A stretch of 64,000 nt of DNA, taken from assembly GCA_937858275.1 (NCBI GenBank), contig CALLZK010000024.1:72745-136744 (forward strand). Direction: 5' to 3'. Position 1 is the stretch's first letter. Every line of letters starts with the position of its first letter. Below are positions 58,362-64,000 of this stretch, one piece after another. The DNA comes from an uncultured bacterium (GTDB taxonomy: Bacteria; Patescibacteriota; Minisyncoccia; Phycocordibacterales; JAACPR01). The notes below the pieces were generated by a model, which saw only the letters and a program-made list of their open reading frames with translations, was not told the origin of the DNA and searched no databases. The translations under genes were made by a program, and so were the position numbers.

Positions 58362-59582
58362 ATGAGCAAAATAGCTGTTGGCATAGATATAGGAACATAT
58401 CAAATAAAAGTTGTGGTCTCCAAAAAAAACGACGATTCTTCTTTTCTACCACAAATAATAGGGCTTGGATATGCCGAATCAAAAGGCATGAGACATGGAT
58501 ATATAATAAATCAAAACGATGCCATAAAAAGTATTAGAAAAGCTATAAAACAGGCAGAAAAAACAAGTAACATAAAAATAGAAAAAGCTTTTGTCTCTAT
58601 CGGCGGAATAGGACTTTCAAGTCACAGTTCTGTTGGTTCTGTTATGATTTCAAGAGCAGATAATGAAATTACTGATTTGGATGTAGAAAAAGCCCAAAAA
58701 GAAAGTCTTTCCAATATACCAAAAAATATTTTACAAAATAGAAAAATAATTCATCCAATTCCAATAGAATACAAAGTCGATGGAAAATCTATTTTAGGAA
58801 AAGATCCTGTTGGTCTAAAAGGTATAAATTTAGAAGTTAAAATGCTTTATGTAACTTGTTTAATTCATCATTTTCAAGAAATAATTCAAACAGTTGAAAA
58901 TTCTGGAATAGAAATATTAGATGTTGTCGCATCTCCAATTGCTGCTGGGATTGTCTCGCTTTCAAAAACTGAAAAAATTGCCGGCTGTGTTTTGGCCAAT
59001 ATCGGATCAGAAACTGTATCAATTGTTGTATACGAAGATGATTTGCCGATTTCCTTAGAAGTCTTCCCTATTGGTTCAAATGATATTACAAATGATATAG
59101 CTCTTGGTCTAAAAATATCTCTAGAACAAGCCGAAAAAATAAAAAAAGAAAAAGAAATTTCAAACATCAATTCAGAAATTCCAAAAAAGAAATTGAATGA
59201 CATAATCTCAGCAAGATTTTATGACATATTTGAATTAATAGATGCTCACCTAAAAAAAATCGGCAAAAGTGGTTTGTTACCAGCCGGAATAATTATAACA
59301 GGTGGTGGATCTGGAATATTAAACATATCGGAAATTGCAAAATCTTCTTTAAAAATTCCATCAAAAGTTTTTCAAGTCAACAAATTAAATGAAGAATCAA
59401 ACAAAAACTCAGAAAATCAAAATGTTAAAATAAAAGATTCAACATGGTCTGTGGCATACGGACTTTGTGTTCTTGGTTTTTTCAATGAAGAAAGCGGATT
59501 TACAAAATCAGATTCTAGTTTTAGACTAATAAAGAAAATATTTATAAATATAAAAAATTGGCTAAAAAAATTCCTACCATAA
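58362..59582 (+). CDS. ftsA: Cell division protein FtsA
   Basis: Actin-fold N-terminus VGIDIGTYQIKVVV. Located immediately upstream of ftsZ. Confidence 0.88.
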   Translation: MSKIAVGIDIGTYQIKVVVSKKNDDSSFLPQIIGLGYAESKGMRHGYIINQNDAIKSIRKAIKQAEKTSNIKIEKAFVSIGGIGLSSHSSVGSVMISRADNEITDLDVEKAQKESLSNIPKNILQNRKIIHPIPIEYKVDGKSILGKDPVGLKGINLEVKMLYVTCLIHHFQEIIQTVENSGIEILDVVASPIAAGIVSLSKTEKIAGCVLANIGSETVSIVVYEDDLPISLEVFPIGSNDITNDIALGLKISLEQAEKIKKEKEISNINSEIPKKKLNDIISARFYDIFELIDAHLKKIGKSGLLPAGIIITGGGSGILNISEIAKSSLKIPSKVFQVNKLNEESNKNSENQNVKIKDSTWSVAYGLCVLGFFNEESGFTKSDSSFRLIKKIFINIKNWLKKFLP

Positions 59583-59640
59583 CCAAAAAACAATCAAATT
59601 ATTTCAAAAAATACAACAAAAACTCCAACACATAAAAAAC

Positions 59641-59668
59641 TTGCTTTTTTCTATTTTCGGTCTAATAT
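59641..59668 (+). promoter_or_regulatory. Predicted ftsZ promoter TTGCTT-16-TAATAT
   Basis: Hexamers at 59641-59646 and 59663-59668 within the 146-bp ftsA-ftsZ spacer. Confidence 0.35.
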
Positions 59669-59728
59669 GTAATCACCTATTAAAAGTTGAGGGAATTATA
59701 AGTTTATATAATAATTTTTATTGATAAT

Positions 59729-60916
59729 ATGCCACAAATAAAACCAGAAATAGAAACTTTTGCCAGAATAAAAGTCATAGGAGTTGGTGGTTCTGGAAGA
59801 AATGCCATTGAACACATGGTTAATTCAAAAGTAAAAGGTGTTGAATTTATAGTTGCAAACACCGATGCTCAAGACCTTCACCACAGTCAAGCAAAAAGAA
59901 AAATCCACATCGGTAAAAATCTAACTAAGGGGTTGGGTACTGGAATGAATCCAGATCTTGGCAGAAGAGCAGTTGAAGAAACAAAAGAAGAAGTCCAAGA
60001 AGCAATAAAAAATGCCGATATGGTTTTTCTAACATGCGGTCTTGGTGGAGGAACTGGTTCTGGTGGAAGTCCTGTAATGGCTCAAATTGCAAAAGAATCC
60101 GGAGCATTAACTGTGGCAGTAGTCACAAAACCTTTCTTTTTTGAGGGTAGACAAAGAATGAAAATTGCGGAGGAGGCACTTGATCAGTTAAGAAAAGAAG
60201 TTGATGCGATAATTGTAATTCCAAATGATAGACTTTTGAGTAATATTTCAAAAGATACAACTGTAAGTAATGCTTTTGCAATGTGTGATGATGTTTTGAA
60301 ACAATCAGTAGAAGGAATATCAGATCTTATTACAACTCCCGGGGTCATTAATATAGACTTTGCCGACATCAAATCAATATTAAAAGAAGCCGGCTCTGCT
60401 CTTATGGGTATTGGAATAGCTAATGGCGAAAAAAGAGCCGAAGAAGCTGCAAAAATGGCTATTAATTCCCCACTATTAGATATTTCAATAAATGGCGCTA
60501 GAGGAGTTTTGTTTTCAATAGCCGGTGGAGAAGATTTGACCATGTTTGAAATACAAGAAGCAGCAAAAGTTATTACAGAGTCTATGGATCCAGATGCAAA
60601 AGTAATATTTGGTACAGTAAAAGACGACAAATTAAAAAAGGGCGACATAAAAGTAACCATCATTGCAAGTGGTTTTCCAGAAAATTCAATAAAAAGACCC
60701 CTGTTTAATTCATCAGCAACAAACTCAAGTAATCAAGAAAAAACAGAAAAAAATAACGAACCGGAAGAAAAATCAGGAAAAATATTTAACTCACTTTTAG
60801 TTAATCATGCAAAAGAAGAAAAAGATGAACCGAAACCAGAAATAAAAAAAATAGATGAGGATGACGATGAATGGGGTGCTGTTCCGGCCTTTTTGAGAAG
60901 AAGCAAAATAAAATAA
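59729..60916 (+). CDS. ftsZ: Cell division GTPase FtsZ
   Basis: Tubulin signature GGGTGSG, the GVGGSGRNA motif, and an acidic C-terminal tail. Confidence 0.97.
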   Translation: MPQIKPEIETFARIKVIGVGGSGRNAIEHMVNSKVKGVEFIVANTDAQDLHHSQAKRKIHIGKNLTKGLGTGMNPDLGRRAVEETKEEVQEAIKNADMVFLTCGLGGGTGSGGSPVMAQIAKESGALTVAVVTKPFFFEGRQRMKIAEEALDQLRKEVDAIIVIPNDRLLSNISKDTTVSNAFAMCDDVLKQSVEGISDLITTPGVINIDFADIKSILKEAGSALMGIGIANGEKRAEEAAKMAINSPLLDISINGARGVLFSIAGGEDLTMFEIQEAAKVITESMDPDAKVIFGTVKDDKLKKGDIKVTIIASGFPENSIKRPLFNSSATNSSNQEKTEKNNEPEEKSGKIFNSLLVNHAKEEKDEPKPEIKKIDEDDDEWGAVPAFLRRSKIK

Positions 60917-60921
60917 AAAAC

Positions 60922-60956
60922 AAAAAGTCTGGATTATATCCAGATTTTTTGTTTTT
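60922..60956 (+). terminator. Rho-independent terminator after ftsZ
   Basis: Hairpin GTCTGGAT...ATCCAGAT followed by TTTTTTG. Confidence 0.7.
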
Positions 60957-60973
60957 ATGATATTATATGATTT

Positions 60974-61903
60974 ATGATTTATGATTTAATAATTATTGGC
61001 GGTGGACCTGCCGGTGTTGCAGCAGGTGTTTATTCTGCACGAAAACAACTTAAAACTGCTCTTATTACAAAAAGTTTTGGTGGTCAAAGTATTGATTCTT
61101 TGGGTATAGAAAATTGGATTGGCGATATAAAAATTAGCGGTATTGATTTGGCTAACAAACTGGAAAATCATGTTAGAGCTTATGCTGGAGAATTTGTTGA
61201 TATAAAAAAGAATGAGTGGGTTTTGGAAATAAAACAAATTGAAAAAAATAAATTTGAAATAAAAACAGACAAAAATTCATACTTATCAAAAACTGTTTTA
61301 ATAGCATCCGGATCTTCAAGGAAAAAAATATTAGCAAAAAATGCCGATTTGTTTGAACACAAAGGATTAACATATTGTGCCAGTTGTGATGGGCCATTTT
61401 TTAAAGACAAAATAGTGGCAGTTGTTGGTGGTGGAAATTCGGCACTTGAGGCAGTTATGCAATTATTGGCCTATACAAAAAAAGTTTTTTTGATACATCG
61501 CAGAAATGAATTTAGAGCAGATCCTGTAACTGTAGAAAATATAAAAAAAGATTCAAAATTAGAAATAATTTATAATTCAGAAATTGTCGAAATATTAGGA
61601 AACAATTTTGTGACAGGCTTAAAGTATAAAGATAAAAATACTAATAATGAGACAGAAATATATGTTGATGGAATTTTTGTCGAAATAGGATCAAATCCTG
61701 CTTCTGATTGTGTAAAAAATTTGATAAATTTAACCGAGGACGGACACATCATAACAGACAGAACAAATCAAAGGACTAGTGTGGAAGGAATTTGGTCTGC
61801 TGGTGATGTGACCGATGTAAAATATCATCAAAATAATATAGCTGTTGGAGATGCGGTTTTGGCACTAGAAGATATTTACAGTTATATAAAAAGCAATCAA
61901 TAA
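60974..61903 (+). CDS. trxB: Thioredoxin reductase
   Basis: FAD motif GGGPAG, redox CASCDG, and NADPH motif GGGNSA. Confidence 0.92.
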   Translation: MIYDLIIIGGGPAGVAAGVYSARKQLKTALITKSFGGQSIDSLGIENWIGDIKISGIDLANKLENHVRAYAGEFVDIKKNEWVLEIKQIEKNKFEIKTDKNSYLSKTVLIASGSSRKKILAKNADLFEHKGLTYCASCDGPFFKDKIVAVVGGGNSALEAVMQLLAYTKKVFLIHRRNEFRADPVTVENIKKDSKLEIIYNSEIVEILGNNFVTGLKYKDKNTNNETEIYVDGIFVEIGSNPASDCVKNLINLTEDGHIITDRTNQRTSVEGIWSAGDVTDVKYHQNNIAVGDAVLALEDIYSYIKSNQ

Positions 61904-61909
61904 TAATTG

Positions 61910-61983
61910 TGGGCGATACAGGACTTGAACCTGTGACCTTCTCAACGTCAATGAGACGCTCTAGCCAACTGAGCTAATCGCCC
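61910..61983 (-). tRNA. tRNA-Val (GAC)
   Basis: The reverse complement gives acceptor stem GGGCGAT/ATCGCCC, D-arm GCTCAGTTGGCTAGAGC, anticodon loop TTGACGT, and T-arm ACAGGTTCAAGTCCTGT. Confidence 0.85.
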
Positions 61984-62034
61984 AAACTTTTATAAATAAT
62001 ATCAAAAAAAATATAAAAAACAAATTAAAAAACG

Positions 62035-62075
62035 AGCACCGTATTTCAAGTGCTCGTTTTAAATTTTAAGGTTGC
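62035..62075. terminator. Bidirectional hairpin terminator (AACGAGCAC...GTGCTCGTT) flanked by A- and T-runs
   Basis: A 9-bp stem with A-rich 5' and T-rich 3' flanks. It sits between convergent transcription units. Confidence 0.6.
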
Positions 62076-62108
62076 AGACCCAGAGTTATTACTCTGGTTT
62101 ATTCCTCT

Positions 62109-62465
62109 TTATTCTTCCGATTTTTGAGGAATGCTTGTTTTGATAGCAAATATCAAAACAAGAGAAGCAATTACAATATTGCCAAACTGTTCTATATTTA
62201 TACCAAAAATTCCGCCGCTTGCCATGGTCCCAATCAGAAAAAATGTGACAACGAACCAATTGGTTCGATCAAGCATTCTGTCCAAAAATACGGCGATGAG
62301 TCCCACGATCCACAAAAAGAAGCACAGGACCGATGTCGTTTTCTCCAAATTACTTGGAATTTGAAAAAATCCCAAATAAATGCTTGTTTCTACAAAAAAA
62401 ACGATTGCTAAAACGAGAAAAAATCCCGCCCGAGCAAATTTCAGTCCGATTCTCTCTTTTTCCAT
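62109..62465 (-). CDS. Hypothetical small polytopic membrane protein (118 aa)
   Basis: ORF with 3-4 predicted TM helices. No recognisable family. Confidence 0.45.
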   Translation of the reverse strand: MEKERIGLKFARAGFFLVLAIVFFVETSIYLGFFQIPSNLEKTTSVLCFFLWIVGLIAVFLDRMLDRTNWFVVTFFLIGTMASGGIFGINIEQFGNIVIASLVLIFAIKTSIPQKSEE

Positions 62466-62669
62466 AATTTCCCACCTTTCTGTGTGTTGTTGTTAAAAAA
62501 CTTTTCAGTCTTAAATACTAACATACTATATATATTTTGTCAAAATAATATATTTGATGAAAAATTTACAGAAAATTAAAATTATTAATTTCAAACATTT
62601 AACAAAGTACATATTTTTAAAGATATTTTTTGCTTTTTAAAATAAAATTTGATATTATCTTATTTTGAT

Positions 62670-62741
62670 GGCCCTATCGTCTAACGGTTAGGACAGCGCC
62701 TTTTCAGGGCGTAAATCGGGGTTCGATTCCCCGTAGGGTCA
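62670..62741 (+). tRNA. tRNA-Glu (TTC)
   Basis: Acceptor stem GGCCCTA/TAGGGTC, anticodon stem-loop GCGCC-TTTTCAG-GGCGT, T-arm CGGGGTTCGATTCCCCG. A putative TTGCTT-17-TATTAT promoter lies upstream. Confidence 0.85.
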
Positions 62742-62759
62742 CAACACAATCTTCATAGC

Positions 62760-63953
62760 ATGAAAAAAATCCTAGCAATAGAAACAAGTTGTGATGAGAC
62801 AGCTTTGGCTATACTAGAATTTTCTGATAGCAAATTCAGTAAAATAGAAAATTTAGAGTATAAAATCATAGCCAATTCTATAAATTCACAAGTAGAAATA
62901 CATCAAAAATATGGTGGTGTATATCCTAGTTTGGCAAAAAGAGAACATGCAAAAAATATTGTTCCCCTTTTTGAAAAAATTTTAAAAAAAGCAAAATATG
63001 TTTTTGATGATGAAAAAGAATTAAACAAAGAAAAGATAGAAAGATGCAAAATAATTTTAGAAAGAGAACCAGAATTATTTGAAAAATTTGAAAAACTGAT
63101 TGTCAAAATAAATAATTTGAATATTGATCTAATTTGTGTCACAAGCGGTCCGGGCCTAGAACCAGCACTTTGGGTTGGAATAAATTTTGCTCGTGCAATT
63201 TCTTATTATTTTGATATACCAATGTTGCCAGTAAATCACATGGAAGGTCACATATTTTCTATAATTAAAGAATCACAAAAAATAGAAGAAAATATTTTTC
63301 AATTCCCCGCTATTTCACTTTTAATATCTGGTGGTCATACTGAGTTGGTATTAATAGAAAATATTGGTAAATATAAAATTATTGGAAAAACCAAAGACGA
63401 TGCTGTTGGCGAAGCATTTGATAAGGTTGCTAGAATTTTAAATTTACCATACCCAGGCGGACCTCATATTTCAATTTTGGCGAATAATGCTAGAAATAAA
63501 AACACTCAAAATAATTTTAGATTGCCAAGACCAATGATCAAAGAAAAAAATTTTGATTTTTCTTTTTCTGGTTTAAAAACAGCAGTTTTATATTTATCAC
63601 AAAAAATATTATTAGAAAAAAATATAAAAGAATTAGACAATGAAACAAAAGAAGCGATTGCTTTAGAATTTGAAAATGCGGTCACCGAAGTTTTATTATT
63701 AAAAACCAAAAATGCTTTATTGGAACACAATTCAAATACTTTAATAATTGGTGGCGGGGTTATTGCCAATCAATTTATTAGAGAAAGTTTTAAAAAAATA
63801 CAAACAAATAAAACAAAAGTTTTTTTTCCAGAAAAAGAACTTTCTACCGATAATGCAGTAATGATTGGTGTGGCTGGTTTTATAAAAAGTTTTTCACAAA
63901 ATGGTCAGGTGTGTCCGGAAATTAAAGCTGAAGGAAATTTAGTTTTAAAATAA
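62760..63953 (+). CDS. tsaD: tRNA N6-adenosine threonylcarbamoyltransferase TsaD (Kae1/YgjD family) with an approximately 40-aa insertion
   Basis: ASKHA-fold N-terminus ILAIETSCDETA. YGG, ICVTSGPG and HMEGH metal-binding blocks. The extra segment is YVFDDEKELNKEKIERCKIILEREPELFEKFEKL. Confidence 0.88.
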   Translation: MKKILAIETSCDETALAILEFSDSKFSKIENLEYKIIANSINSQVEIHQKYGGVYPSLAKREHAKNIVPLFEKILKKAKYVFDDEKELNKEKIERCKIILEREPELFEKFEKLIVKINNLNIDLICVTSGPGLEPALWVGINFARAISYYFDIPMLPVNHMEGHIFSIIKESQKIEENIFQFPAISLLISGGHTELVLIENIGKYKIIGKTKDDAVGEAFDKVARILNLPYPGGPHISILANNARNKNTQNNFRLPRPMIKEKNFDFSFSGLKTAVLYLSQKILLEKNIKELDNETKEAIALEFENAVTEVLLLKTKNALLEHNSNTLIIGGGVIANQFIRESFKKIQTNKTKVFFPEKELSTDNAVMIGVAGFIKSFSQNGQVCPEIKAEGNLVLK

Positions 63954-64000
63954 ACATTTCTAACACATATTACTGTCAATCTATTAAAAGTGCCGGAAGT

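Overview
This is an AT-rich stretch of bacterial chromosome, about 20-30% GC in hand-counted 60-nt samples of core genes. It looks like a reduced Patescibacteria/CPR-type genome with the standard genetic code. That assignment is an inference from gene content and the compact forms of IF-2, S1, SMC and DnaE. Most of the window is conserved information-processing core. A long minus-strand block carries rpsP, a KH-domain protein and trmD, then rpoB, rpoC, dnaG, rpoD and a UvrD-like helicase/nuclease. A second minus-strand block carries rnhB, rpmF, a NusB-Nudix fusion, rnc and smc. Other core genes are dnaE, thrS, clpB, infB-rbfA, gpmI-eno, gyrA, rpsA, pth, lepB, rpsU, ybeY, ftsA-ftsZ, trxB and tsaD, plus seven tRNAs. 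Several small, compositionally atypical islets (about 45-53% GC) are embedded in this core, some with near-identical promoter/leader cassettes and two sitting next to tRNA genes. The four-tRNA cluster at 37.76-38.63 kb carries two independent duplications of tRNA 3' ends, including a 173-bp tandem repeat, directly upstream of a GC-rich two-gene island encoding an SPFH-like membrane protein and a small partner. An array of six tandem paralogous small two-helix pilin-like (TrbC/VirB2-like) genes lies beside an orphan solute-binding protein. Other points worth a look are a NusB-Nudix fusion, a catalytically dead HtrA-like protein, a degenerate HisRS-like paralog, an orphan receiver domain, and recurrent leaderless TGnTATAAT promoters. 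No CRISPR array, rRNA gene or recognisable transposase/integrase is present.
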